NCBI GenBank assembly: GCA_977030845.1
Contig: OZ365112.1
Coordinates: forward strand, 24,490,001 to 24,554,000
DNA length: 64,000 bases
Direction of reading: 5' to 3'
Source: Fimbriosthenelais zetlandica
Lineage: Eukaryota
A program made the position numbers and the translations under genes. Shown here in pieces: positions 35,001 through 48,700 of this stretch. The notes beneath the pieces are model-generated. The model saw only the letters and a list, made by a program, of their open reading frames with translations, was not told the DNA's origin and searched no databases. Each line of letters begins with the position of its first letter. Within the stretch, counting starts at the first letter, position 1.

Positions 35001-38000
35001 ATTGAATGAAAACAGGCTCCTGAGTCATAGACCACAACTGTTCATTCCTGAACACCCTTGGTGAATATTATTTCAATACTAATGGGTTTCCGTGTCTTCT
35101 TCTTATCTGCTCAGACATTTTCTAGTGGTCTTTATACATACTAATTTCTTTGGTCGTTAAAATACTGTGATTTAATTAAAAATATTTTTAATCTTACAGG
35201 ATGGCATGGTTAAATTCCATATTCGCTGGCATCGGACATGATTTCCAATGATTGCCTTGCAAAAAGCAACCAAACCCTCGTCTGTTAACTTTGATGCTGT
35301 TAAGTGGCTGAGCAGCTAATTAGAGCTGTGATCCTTAATCAATAATGATGACAATTATAATATGGTCCTCCGTGTGGAGACTCAGAGAGTGTCACAGTCA
35401 CACTATAATCTGTTAACAACTATCACACTTTTTTCCAGCTTTAATAATTCGGGAGAATAAATCACTGTGGGAGAATAATTCACAGGGTTAACTATCATGA
35501 ACATTCTGGAATAATATTGCAAAAAGGTTGATACGGTGTTATGGGGAATATGCAATATGTAGGTAGATTTTTATTGCTTCTCTCTTCAGGCCGTACACCC
35601 TTGGTAGATTAAGTATTGACGCGGCTGGAGCTACTCTTCACCCGCCCCTCTCTCACCGCGTAATAAGTATTCATAGGGCTGTTAATTGCCGGCCATTTTT
35701 AGGTTGAGAGCGCATCAAAAATAGATCCCATGTCCAAATATAGAAATGGGAAATGTCCCAGTCTTACTGATAGATTTATTGACAGATCATTAACCGTTGA
35801 CCCGCTTATCCCCTGTAGGTTATTTGTGAATTGATTGCCTACTTGGTGTTGGTGGCGCGAGTAGCGGCTACACACCATTCACTCCGACAGTCCATCATAT
35901 AGTCCGTGATGAATGGGGTGAGGCACTTAAGCCCCCAACTTCATTAAATTGATTAAAATCTGACTGAATTGTGAAAAAATAGTTGTGAAAAGGCTTTCTC
36001 CACATTGCTCCCATAGATGGTTGATACAGGAAGGATAAGTGATCGCACAATATTCAAGTGAGATGCATCATTTCATTTGAAGTCGAATTTAAAAATATTC
36101 TAAGGAGAGATTTCGCATTCATAATGTAAATGGATAGGTACATCTAGCTCAGTTACATTCATTATAATGAAACAGACAGAGATAATCGACCAATTTCAAA
36201 AAAGCTAAGAGGTTTTGTAAGGCAGGATTCAGCCTATATAGGGAGTGGACGTGACTCGTTCAATACCTGGCTGGGGTCATATTTATACCCCGTGCATGCA
36301 TTTGCCTGGTGCCCCTCGGATTACGTCCTTATGCTTCTGCCTGATTGGAGAGAAACCCGTCATTAAATGCTTCCCCTCACCCATTATGCCTGCATCCTGC
36401 AATACATAAGTTCCTCCACGAGCCGCACTACATTGTATAGGTGGCAGGGCAGATGTAGTATTTTCAAACGACTTGTATATATCAGATCTAGGAGAGCAAT
36501 CCCTCTTTGATAACCCCTTTGGAAGGGCATCCACTAAGCCTGATGAGATTTATTTGTGCTCAGTGAAACGTAAGGGCAGACTGTCTGCTGAAAACACCTT
36601 TCATCCATTATGCTCTTCGTTTTCTGTAACGGATCCTCTGTGTGCGGAAAGCTTGATTTCAGTCCAAGACAGATGGCTGCTTGAAAAAATGATATTGGCA
36701 AGTTAACTTGCCCTTGTCAGATTGTTCTGACCTTGTTCTGACCAGGATAGAAGACATATTCTGGATCTGCCACTTAATTTACAGAGAAGTGGTTTGTTGG
36801 TAACGCATAGATCGGGGAGGAAGGCATCTAAAACTATTTCATCCTCAATATGGCCTCGTGCAACTGTGCTGCATCCTTCCATGGTGGGCTGTTCCCCACT
36901 AGTGTCTCTCCATCTATCTTATCCCTGCCGGGGGAGGACACTCTGCATTGTATGTATTATCAGCCTATATGACTTCGCTGAGATTTTCTGCTTTTGACTT
37001 CTGTAGCAGAATGATATATTCTTAAAATATACCTTTCATGAATGTACAAGACTATATCCACCTCCCTCGGCATGCCATCTACCTTCATCCTCCTCCCCCT
37101 CCACGTGTGAATTTAATTTCTTTCTTCTACTTGAGCTTCCCAATGAATATCTTGTTCTTCTTCATATGCAACTGTCTCAAGGAGGTTTCCCAACGTCCTG
37201 TCTCAACCACAGTCTGGGCCTAAATTTTCACGTAATGAACAGGGAAAGAGATTAAGGCAAACTCTGGTCATGAAGTCCCTGTGAATCACGTCCTGTGTGG
37301 GAAGAAAAGAGGAGACAGAGAGGAATAATCAGCCTCTACAGGGAGAAAGAGAAGGCAAAGAAAAGATTTCCCCCAGACCAACTTAATCTAATCCTCAGCC
37401 ACAAATGCCGTGTAAATGGAAGCTCCATAGATAGACGCAGTGAGCCGGACTGGTGGAAATCATGTCTCTTTACGAGCTTCCTTCCCTTCTCTCAATGCCA
37501 GCTGATGCTCAAAACATTGTCCCATTACCCTTCATCTGGTCTAAGTAGGAAATGCCAGCCTATACATCAAGAATACCTGTAGATATCATTTAAACCCGAT
37601 TACCTCCTTACAGGTTTACCTTAGAACATTGCTTTCTGGTGTTCTACACACTCAAATGTTTTTGGGTCATCATTGATTTCGTATTTTGCAAGGCAGTTCA
37701 TATTGCATGGCAACAAAATACATTTGAAAGGGTTTCAGTCATGGGAGAAATGTGTTGGATGAGGTGCGGAAACTACAACCATCTTAAACCTTTTTCCAAT
37801 ATGAGATATAATTTTCCAATTGTACATTACTTGAGTTATTGACAGGTGGTGTCATTTCATCCACCTTTTCTTATACATTTCTAAATAAGCTTCCTACTTA
37901 AGCAGTTCATCTATGAATTACAACTCATTTACATTACTACTATATCAATGTATCATTAAATCGCCAATTATGAGCTAAGAGCCAAATTTCAGTCAGCAGC

Positions 38001-41000
38001 CAAGAGCCAGCCATCGCAGCCATCTTTCTCATAAAAACTGTCCTGCAATTCACGGAAATGTTTGCCCACTTGGGGTTAGGATAACATGACACATGTTGCC
38101 CCCGATTCTGGGCATTAAAACCACTTGGAATATGCCCCTTGAGTGAAGTTTTTTTATATATATGTTCATCTCCAGCATTTCTGACCATATCCTGCTCGCT
38201 GTGTTATGGAAAGATAAAAGTTGGAGGCAATAAAATAGGTTTGTTATCAGTTATCTCAGCGATTTATGTCTGACCTGGGCAGCCGCCTGAGAAGCATTAT
38301 CTTTATTGATTTGAGATTTCCACATAAATCAGGAGTAATTAACGTCATCAGCAGAGACTAGCCTTCATTACTGTTGTTCTGCCTGTGTTACATTATCGTT
38401 TATCATTTTCATTGTTATTCGAGCATAAAACCTCCTGAGTATCACTCCTAACAGAGTTCTTTTTAGATCTCACATCTTGAGTTAAATGGTGAAAGCTGCT
38501 GGAAAAGTTGTTCAGCATTAAGGTTTCTGGAACAGCATTGAAATATGGGAGATATGATGAAGTAGGATGAATTGAAATAATCCGAAAAAAAGATCAGTTG
38601 GAATAATATAATCCGAGTAATTTCCAATAGTTTAGGTTAGGAACTTCGTGTAGTTGATTCATCCCATTGTGTGAAGGAAAACATGGCAAGTCCTGAGAAT
38701 GATATAGAGTGATGTATATCATTGTCGATTTTATCTCCGAACTCCGCTATCTGTATCAACCCACCTGTCTGTTCTCCCACACAGCTGTATACATATCGTT
38801 ATACATTAATGATCAACTCCACCTATAGACCAACACCCACCCCTTCAATTGTACTAATACATTTAATCTTTTTCCCCTGAAAATTCATTCACAGATATCA
38901 AGGGGGTCATACGAAATTAATGCCCGCAGTGTATTGTGATCGCGTGGATGCTGCCAGCATGTGAATTGATACATATCAATTTATTTTAAATTGGAATGAG
39001 GAATGTCGACCTTTGAATGTGGATCTTCTATTTCCCCCAGTAGATCTATCCCCGAGCGCCTGCCTAAAAATAATTCAACAATGGTACCAAACATATTACT
39101 ATAGCTCACAGTATCCTGGACGATACTTCAAATACATCATTCAAAGCTAATCATTTATTTCGTATGTAGGTTCTTTCTCCTTGACGTTGGAGCCCATTTC
39201 ACTAGGTTAAAGCCTAGAATATGTGCTCAAACAATGTCCCGATTTGAACTATCCCTCAATTATATTGCTTATCTCCTGTTTGAGATATTTATAGAATAAG
39301 ATCCGGGATTTTGACATTAAAACACGGCCCTTGCTCATACCTCCTATCTGCTAGATGTGCCTTCTCTATACTCGGCGCATGCAACCTTCGCCTAAAGTAT
39401 CAGTCGACGTTTCTTTGAGCCATACCATTGGTCAACCAATGTAAAAAGAGGCCTTTCAGCCACTTTGGAATTCTTGACAAAAAGGCCAGACTTGAAATTA
39501 GCGACTTGGATAGCGGTGTAAGTGGCTCAATGTGGGCAATGACAATTGTGGCAGGCAGGGAGATGGTGAGGGACAAGCTGGCGTTAGTCAGGCTGAAGTA
39601 TGCTTTAATGAGATCTCTGACCTGTGTGCCTATCATTTTGGTGGTCTGCCTCTGAATGCCTTTCAAGCAGCCACAACATTTCGCTTTTGATATTTAACCT
39701 AGGTTTTTAATGTTTCCCTTGTTTTCCCGAAGCTCTCGAAACACTTTTTAAGTTTCAGGAACATCGTTATTCGTTAGGAACATCGTTATTTCCTTCTCCT
39801 GTGCCTTTCATATATGAATGGTGAAAGATTCTATTAGCGACCAACTATTAGCGACTAATTGCTGTTTCCGAAGAAAAATATTTTTGAACTTGGAGATCCT
39901 TGCCTATAACGTCAAACGGTATTTTCAAATCTATGAAAAGAAAGTTGGACTTTCAGGAGAAGTGCCATGATGATCCGTTGGTATGGTTCACAGATAAAAT
40001 TGATGATGATAAGGCAGCTTAGGCTGGATATTGGATCTCTACCTTCTAATATTACTCCCGTCCCCTGGCCTGTAAGAAGCAATGTTCCCTGGTCTCAGGT
40101 GGTGAAGTAGGGTGAGCAGTTGGGATGCTCCTCCCGTCATCCGAGGTGCTCCTCCACAACTCCTCCTTGGCGTGAGATCCTTCACCGTCCTTCACTAGAA
40201 AATGTATGAAGCCCCACTGAATTATTACCTACCGTCCCTACATGGATCGCTGCAATGTATGGTAAAATACACACACATATAAAATGTAATGTACTTTAGA
40301 TTGTACTGTTACTTCAAAGAGTGAGTGTTGTAAGGCAAATACATGCTGCCAGCAAAATACTTTGACTAAAGTCCCAACATACTCAAGAAACTGTCCCAAC
40401 ACTATGTTCTATCTTTCCCTCTGAGTGGGTGGAAGAACATTTTTAATTCCCCACCGAAATGTCAAATGCAGTCCCCTCTTTACCCCCTGCCTAATAGTGC
40501 TGCCAAATCAGCCTCCTGGATCAACAGTGGGCCTATTAAAGGCGAACATATTGCTTTGATTCTTCACGCAGTATTCGATGCGGCGACATGCATATCAATA
40601 TTATTGGCATGTGCTGATTGGCATATTGACAAATTCTCACAGAAAGCTTGAGACTTTCTGGTTGAGCACAACAAGTGCTACGCCTGATGATGATGTACCT
40701 TTTTAACTCCTGGCGCGCGGGACGCATGGAAATGCGGAATTCACCAGCTGTGCATCAGATAGGCAGTTCAATGCATGACATCACAGACCTCGTCCTACGG
40801 GCATAAAATTCCCAATCTGGCTCCAGTGAAACGCCAGTCGAACCACCCCAGGGAAGCATTTCTTCCTTTACACTCTTATTATTTAATTGTTGTCCTCTAG
40901 AAATAATTCATCAATTTTCAAGTGTAGATGGTCAAAAAGCAGCGGTGCGTATGGATTATTTGCATACGAGTTTTCATCTCGGAACGTGATGAGATTTGAA

Positions 41001-42754
41001 AGCAACAGCTGTGCTTTTACTCGCCCATGTCAAAAAAGACACTCCTGCCTCCCATACCTAAAGAACTGGCAAAAATGACATCCATTTTTGCATGCTACTC
41101 CTCCTGCCTCCCTAAGGGGCAAACAAAAGAACAGTGAAGAGAAGAGGCAAATGACATTAAGCATCCCTTGTACACTCCCCCACATACTTTGGGACATACA
41201 TAATTCAGCACGTCAAGTTTCCTTTAAAAATGGCTGAGAGAAGTCCTGAGAAATGCCTACCACGGAACTGCTTTAAACTGTATTGCCCAGTCGGTTTTAA
41301 TGAACACTTATAAGAGTGTTTCCAAGGTCTGTTGGATGGCAATCGGTCGCATGTCAAAGGCCTTAATTGCAGGCGAGTTGGTTATAATGAAAGGCCAGTG
41401 AGATGTAGGTCTAAGAGTGAGGGGAGGAGGGAGGTGTGGGTGGAGGAGTGGGGTGCAGGGAGGAACCATGGAGCAGCCAGTGTGGACGTATATGGCATCT
41501 CTTGGTGGAGAGGCCGTCCATATATGGAACCCGTAATTACGTCCTCGTCAGGGCATATTAATGTGGCACGTATAAATCACACAAACTGGTGGCCAGCCGC
41601 CAGCGAAAGATGCTCTCACGTCCCTCATAGAAGACAATAAAACAGTATTAAAACTATAGATCAATGTGTAGTCTGTTCATCATTAAAATTAATGATTAAA
41701 TTAAATTAATTTTGAACATTTATGAAAATAACGCATATTGCCTTATATATTGCGATTAAAAAGCAATCAGTTTTGTTCTGAGGTTACATAATATTGGCAA
41801 TTCTGATCTTCAGCTTTTCCCCAAAGAGACTAATTTGAAGTCTCATTTTAATTTATGGGGGTTATCTTTAATGTATCCAGGCCTATATCTATTTTTATCT
41901 TTGATCAGGCTGTGCATATCCACGTTGTTAAGTTATACCCATCCTCATGTGTGGAGATAATTAGTACATAGGAATCTTCATATCTATAGAAACATTCCCC
42001 TTCCCTCGTCTCTTCTCCTTTCTGCTGTGCCACATATATATGAGATTCTGCTTATTGCAGTACAAGTATATAGGCCGCTTCCTACCCTATTGACACTTGG
42101 GAGAATTCTTGATCCAGAAGATCCCCATATGTACGCGCTCCTGTACTAATTGATGTGCCTAATCACCGTGTCCCAGTCGAGATTTCCACATAAATGTTTC
42201 ACTGGATGACTGGGCCCCCCGAGGCTGCCGTCCTGCCAGTTAAGAAACCTTGCCCCTTGGGTCGCCAGCTCACTGAAGGGTAGAGGAAAAATGGTTGATA
42301 AAAAGAAGCAGCAACTCTAGGCGGGATACATTGATAAAAGATGGCTGGATGGCTTAACGCTCGATCCTCCGTTAATGAGCCATGAGGCTATTTCTGACAT
42401 ACCGTATCTTCACTTTGACTGGCCCAGTGACAGTGTGTACATTTCTTCTTGGTATCGCTACCAAGTTAACCTCTTAGAAGATTGTCAAATATTTATTATT
42501 GAATTGCATAGGATCAATGCATAATGGTTAACAATCTGTTTTTTGCATCGCAGCAACCTCAGCATTTACTGTCCTAAACGATTTGATGTATTATTCATGC
42601 GATAAGCAAACAAGGTTTGTGTAATTTGAAAGGCTCAGTGTGTATGAGTGAAGCCAAGTGAATGAGGATATCACCTCATAATGACTTAATGTACTGATTA
42701 AATCCTGGCTGTAGCCTGACCTACTGAAGCTGAGCTACTCCCACGCCTTTATTA

Positions 42755-42790
42755 TCTGCTCGCCCCCACCCCGCTCCCTCTCAGGTGAGT
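42755..42790 (+). other. Candidate recursive splice site (3'ss abutting 5'ss)
   Basis: TCTGCTCGCCCCCACCCCGCTCCCTCTCAG|GTGAGT, with about 50 nt free of AG upstream of the CAG. Confidence 0.45.
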
Positions 42791-45700
42791 GTCCGACAAT
42801 ATATTCCGTCCGTCAAAGAGCTGGTACACCTGTGAAACCAACCTCGCCGTCCTATTATCCTATGCCGAACATGAAGCCACTTCTAAGTCAAAACGTAATG
42901 AGTCACCATGCAGCCGGACTTTTACTCTCAATGCATTACAAAAGTACTTGACATTTACATACATTAGAAAACCGTCCCCGATGCTCAACCCCATAAACAA
43001 AACTTGTAAAGAGGCTATCTGCAATTTGACTTGCATTTTTTTGTTGGACACTTGTGTGGTTCATAGTCTAGACAGTGCATGATTCTTCCATCACGAATTC
43101 ATAAACATGCAGACGTCACAAATGTATTTATAACCATTTTAATGTTCCTAATAGGTTGATTGAAGCTAATATGTTTCCAAATAATGTCTAATGTACCTGC
43201 TATCTCTGTGTCCTCTGTGTCAGATGTCATTCTCACTTACTATATTGAGTTATATAATTTCCATACACTACATGTCTAATGCAGCAGGTGGCTGATACAT
43301 ATCAGACATATCACATCTTTCTGTATATCTGATGACCTCTGCTATACATTGTTTAAACAAACCAAGCTGCCACCCTTACAAACATCCTCCGGGGATAAAG
43401 TGCCTTCCCATCAGTGGCCCTGACCCTGACCTCATCTGTTGTCTTTGTGAATATTTGATCATCGGTTATCTTTGTTAATTATGGTTTAGTCGTGCTTTAT
43501 GAGGCTACATTTAATGGTGTTCATAATAGAGCGTTTAGTACTAAGCCGGTGCACTGATTAATCTGGAGTTATTGGGTTGCAATGAGAACCACCATCAACG
43601 TCTTACTATGATTGAATGATTGCAGTCAAGACAAAAATCCTTCCCACATAAAGGGGTAGGTTGGTCTGAGATCTCATGGGCCTTAAAGGGGTTTGGAAAT
43701 GGCTTATTGCTTTCTCTTTACAGCAGTAGTTCTTGCTGTCAGTTTCCCAATGCCCCAATATCAATATAGTTCCATGAGGCACTCTCTTTTCCGACAGAGA
43801 TGCCAGCATTTTAAATGGTTCCATTTAAAAAACAGTTACATCACATCATAATTATCACTTATTGACAATGTCTCGTAGACATTTTCAACTCTAAATCTGC
43901 CATTGACGATTTACTGTGAATACAGGCATGCGATTTACAGTGGAGGATCATTTTCTTCCTGGAAATCCGGGCGGTGCGGAAGAAGATTGTGTTGTAGAGC
44001 TTAATCTAACCTAAGGATCATGCCTAAGGTGCCATGATCTGAACAAACATGGATATCCTGGTTCAATAACGGCGCCGCTCCACTAAAAAGCCCCCTAAAA
44101 TGTCCCTATTCAATAAATCGGCTGCAGCTGATAATTCTTACTTGGATTTGTGCTAATCCCTTTGGGATACTGCTGCCTGAATCCTTTCGTTTCCAGGAAA
44201 TTCTCCTTGGGTGATATAAACCTAGTTCCTTGATATATTGAACTCTTTTTATACTTTCGAATTTTCAATAACGAGGGAGAAATGACTGTTTTTACAGTAT
44301 TACAAAGACTTCTTATCGCATAAAAGCTTTTTCAGTTAAAGGATATCTGTAAACTTTTTTTTTCTTTACTTCATTCCGAGCTTTGGGAGCCAGCGAGTCC
44401 GTAAACGGAAAACAACATAACATAATATTGTCCCAATACAAATGTCAGTATCTTTTTAAAAAAGATATCAGTGAATATTTTGAAGGGATTTTTAATATTG
44501 AGATTTGTATTATAACTCTGATGGAGAAAGGAGATGTGATGTCTGCGATAATCAGGATCCACTCGCTCAGGTCATTACCAAAGCCGGTAATGCAATAACC
44601 ATATTTGTCTCCAACCATTAGGATTAACATTCTATAATGCTTCAATATTCATGTGGTTTTTGCTTCAGAATTTCCGGCGTTTGCAGCCTATTTAACTAGT
44701 CCTGATATCACTACATGAGAATGTCAACGAAAGGCTTCTTACCCTTAAAGCGATATCACCCAATAATGTCAATCGTGCCCTATTTGTCAGCTGGCAGTAT
44801 CATCGATGAAGTATGGGGGTATTTTTGTGGGACCTCCATCGTTGAGGTTACATCAGATGCATGTTATCAGCCCTGCCTTGCTCTACATCCATTGTTTATT
44901 ACCCCTAGGCCTCCTTGGCTTGTCAGCGAGCTATTATAGGTCGTATCCATTCTCTCCACTCAATTTATATTCAGCCCCACCCTTCAGGTAGCCTGCGTCC
45001 TACAAAATGCCTTCTTATTTTTATGAAGCATGTAGATCACATATAAGTGGGAGGGGATGGAGGGGCAGAAGTCTTTATATAGCCAGATTTATATGCAAGC
45101 TCGCCTTAATTGACATCATTTACTGCCATTGCCTGCATTTAAGTCAGAAATGCCTCTGTCGTGCGGAGAGGGAAGACAATCACTGTGCCTCTAATTGGTT
45201 AGAATTAGACTTGTCTGTATGCATCGTGATTTACAGCTGGGTAGCTAATTCCTTTGACAGCATATGAAAACATCCACTGTGTATGATAAACCTGATCGCC
45301 TTGTGAGGCAGTATTAATCTCATGCACCTTCCTGTCCTTTCCATCTACAACACTATTTTCATCTTTCTCTAACAATAATGTTGAGATGCCTATTTCAATG
45401 ATGTGGATATTTAGTCATTGTACCATCAATCATGACTGAGGTCAGTCATGTCTTGTCTCATGTATAATTGCGTCATGATGTCATTCCTTATCTTCAGCGT
45501 CCCATCAGCTGGGGCTGACTTGAGGAGCTCAACTCAACCAGTTCCTGCACAAATCAAATGACTTGCTGTGCATTATGCACAAAGCGGGCCACCTTGTCTG
45601 ATGACATTATTCCCCGAAAATGGCTTACTACCAGGTGACAACTCTACTTGTCACCATCCCTGCCACAACCTCATCAAGAAGCCAGTCTAGGTGTTTAGTG

Positions 45701-48700
45701 CGCAGTGAATCAACCTCATATGTACCACTATATAGCTGTATATATTTTTATTCATCTTCTGGCAGAATCTTTGTCCAACTTCTGTGACTTCAAGTATGAG
45801 GAGTAGAAGTCCAACTCAAACATTTGGCCGACCGCACAGAGTTTGAAATCCTCAGAAGTAGTTCGTTCTGTGTTGGGAATTTTATGATTTATACAAATTT
45901 CAATTGCAAACTCTCTCAAAATGCCAATTACAGACAGTGCGGCTATCTTGGAAACTTTCTAATTATCAGCTGTTTTCTGCATCATTTCAAGCCATTCCAT
46001 TCATGCTTGAGTCTGTGGTATAATAAGAGGATTCTCAAGGCAGAGTCTGTGGTTTGTCATTCCACGAAGATCACCTAAAAAGGAGTGAACGTTCGTGACG
46101 AAGAGCCGTTCAGGGTCGAGAATTCAGGAGGAAGATATTCAGTAACAAAAGAATGCTGAAAGGCCAGAGATTCAAAAGCCAGAAAAAACCCTTAAAAATG
46201 TGGTTATGGGGAGGAATGGTGTGATGGAGACAATATATTGGGTATGGAGAAAAATAAAGGAGGCATTTGGTGGGAAGGATTGAGTGGTCTGTGACATTTT
46301 AATACGACCATGATGAGCTGGACTTTCTTGCACCGCTCCTCCACAGTTATGCATTGCATAGACAAAGCTAGGCTCTGATTTAAGTAAAGACAGTTTTGCC
46401 AGTGCTTTTCATTAGCATTGCTTCATTGATTTGAAGAATGCAATAGCTTATTCAGTATTAGCATTATGAGGTAGGTCTTTCGAACTAGCTTTGTACACAA
46501 TTGTCATATTTTTTGTTGCGTTCCTTATTACACTTCAATTAATCCTTTCTAGGCAGAAGGGAGATCTTCCTTTTCCTTTTTACAGTTTCTTTAGCCTTTC
46601 TAAAAGTGAAATCCTGTCGATACTCCTTAAATAATTAGTAACGTTATGGTCTTTCAAAGTTACCGCAAAAATGCAATTGGGATGAAATGCTAAGCCCGAG
46701 CAGAGCTTTATAAGAGATGTATACATATATCTGTTTGGTGGAAGTGATATTCTTTTCTCTACCATTACAAAATAATCGACAATTTGCATATTGGCATGGA
46801 AAATGAAAAAAAAACACTTGATGAAAGTCCCTATTCTATAATGGTCGCCAGCATCACAATTCCGCGCATCATATTGTTGTATACTATATTATAGGATGTA
46901 TTTCTTCTCTTTTTTTCTGGAGGAAGAGTGAGTTGATATCTCAGAGTGAAATGTAAACATCTATATGCCGAGCCAGCATTAGCCTTTTCCTTACCCCATT
47001 AACCTCCGCTGACCGGATGTTGATTGGGAAGTAATTGAAAGGTATGCTGAGAATATATAATCAGCGGAGGCGGCCTTTCTCTCTACGAGACCTGCAGGGC
47101 GCGTCTCACAGACTCACATGAATGCCTCTAGCTAATGGTTGAATTACAGCGGAAAACGTAGCTCATGACTTATATGAGACATCCCCTGCTCATTTGTACG
47201 AGTTGAAGGCTTATATACGGCCCTCAGGCTCAGGTTGATGCTAATTCATATGTTGTTCTTCTTCCACTCATAAGACATAGATCAACTGCCTATTATTTGA
47301 GGCTGAATTTGTACCTGTCAGAATGAGTGCAATTCAAATGTCTTCATGAAGAGCTGTCAACTTGCTCAATATGAAGCTGGATTACGTCTCTTTGAAGGAC
47401 TTGCATGGTGTCAACAATTATCTTCCATAACAGGGAGGAACATAATGGGGCCATATTTGCTCATTTAGATAATATTTTCTTTTCAAAATCAAGACAAGAT
47501 GACCATTTCTGAATGCTCATTATCGATGCCTGCAAATTTCGCCCCTTTCCACATACTACTTACTGGCTTCCTCTTACACATCTATCAATATTGTAGCAAT
47601 TATATACCACTTTTAATACCATTTATGATGAATGTAGGCCTAAATATTCACCATCAGTTTTTCACACATTCCAATTTAGCGGAAAAGAAGACTCGAGTAG
47701 AAAATAAATGCATGGCTAACTCCGCCTACGTCATTTCTCCCCTTTTGTCATTTGCAATTGAGAAAACTCGGTTAGCGGCTGTCACGACAAAAAGGGGCGA
47801 CTTTTTGTTTTCTGCCTTAAAACGAACTTGTTCATTCATTCACCAACTAAGGAAGCTGGAAGTTACACCTCGCGATGCCATAACTCTCCTGCTTGTAATA
47901 GGATTGGTGGTTATTATTGGAGGAGTAACTTAGCACCTATAAAGATAGGAGTTATAGTGTGGGGGATGAAGGATCTATAATTATAGCAGGACGCATGAGA
48001 CTGTAAGTTAGTGGGTGCTTCTTGCTTTGCTTACTAAGGTTGGTGTGACTTGGCAGACGCCAGAAATCCTCCCCAATTAAGTCCACTCGCTCACCATGAT
48101 GTGCAAGGTGCGCATCCATAATTTCCTCATCAGTATAGAAACAAGGCAACAAGATGTAATTTGCCAAGTTTTTTCCTGGAGTTCTAATTAGGCGATCAAC
48201 GTTTTCATCCTGCCGATATTAGCCTTGCGACGCCTAGTGCAGTAGGCTGTCAGTTCTGATTAAAAAACAATAAAATCAAGCGCCGCTCGGGTGAAAACTC
48301 ATTTGTTGTAGCATAACCGCCTTGTACCCTGTTGTTTCGGTTATGTTCATTTTTCATACCCTCAGAAAGGTGTTGGGAGACCTTCTTCTGCTGGCAGTGA
48401 AAGCTTGTGATTCTCAGGAGTGGGCTTTTCCATGCAAGACGCAAAATTGATTACAATTTGGTAAGAGACTATTTGCAAAGTAATGGGCATGGTCCCCGTA
48501 TGGTTAATGACATATTTTCTCATTCTTTACTTTGAAATAATACTTATTTATAACTTTGCGCCATTGATGGCGGATATCGGATTTCCGTCCCTCCGCAAAA
48601 TGAAATAATTCACTCTATGAAAGTCACATTCTGTAAGTAATTGGCCAAATCGAATCAGGAATTCTCTGGGCTGATATTTACTTTCTGACTTTCACTCTAC

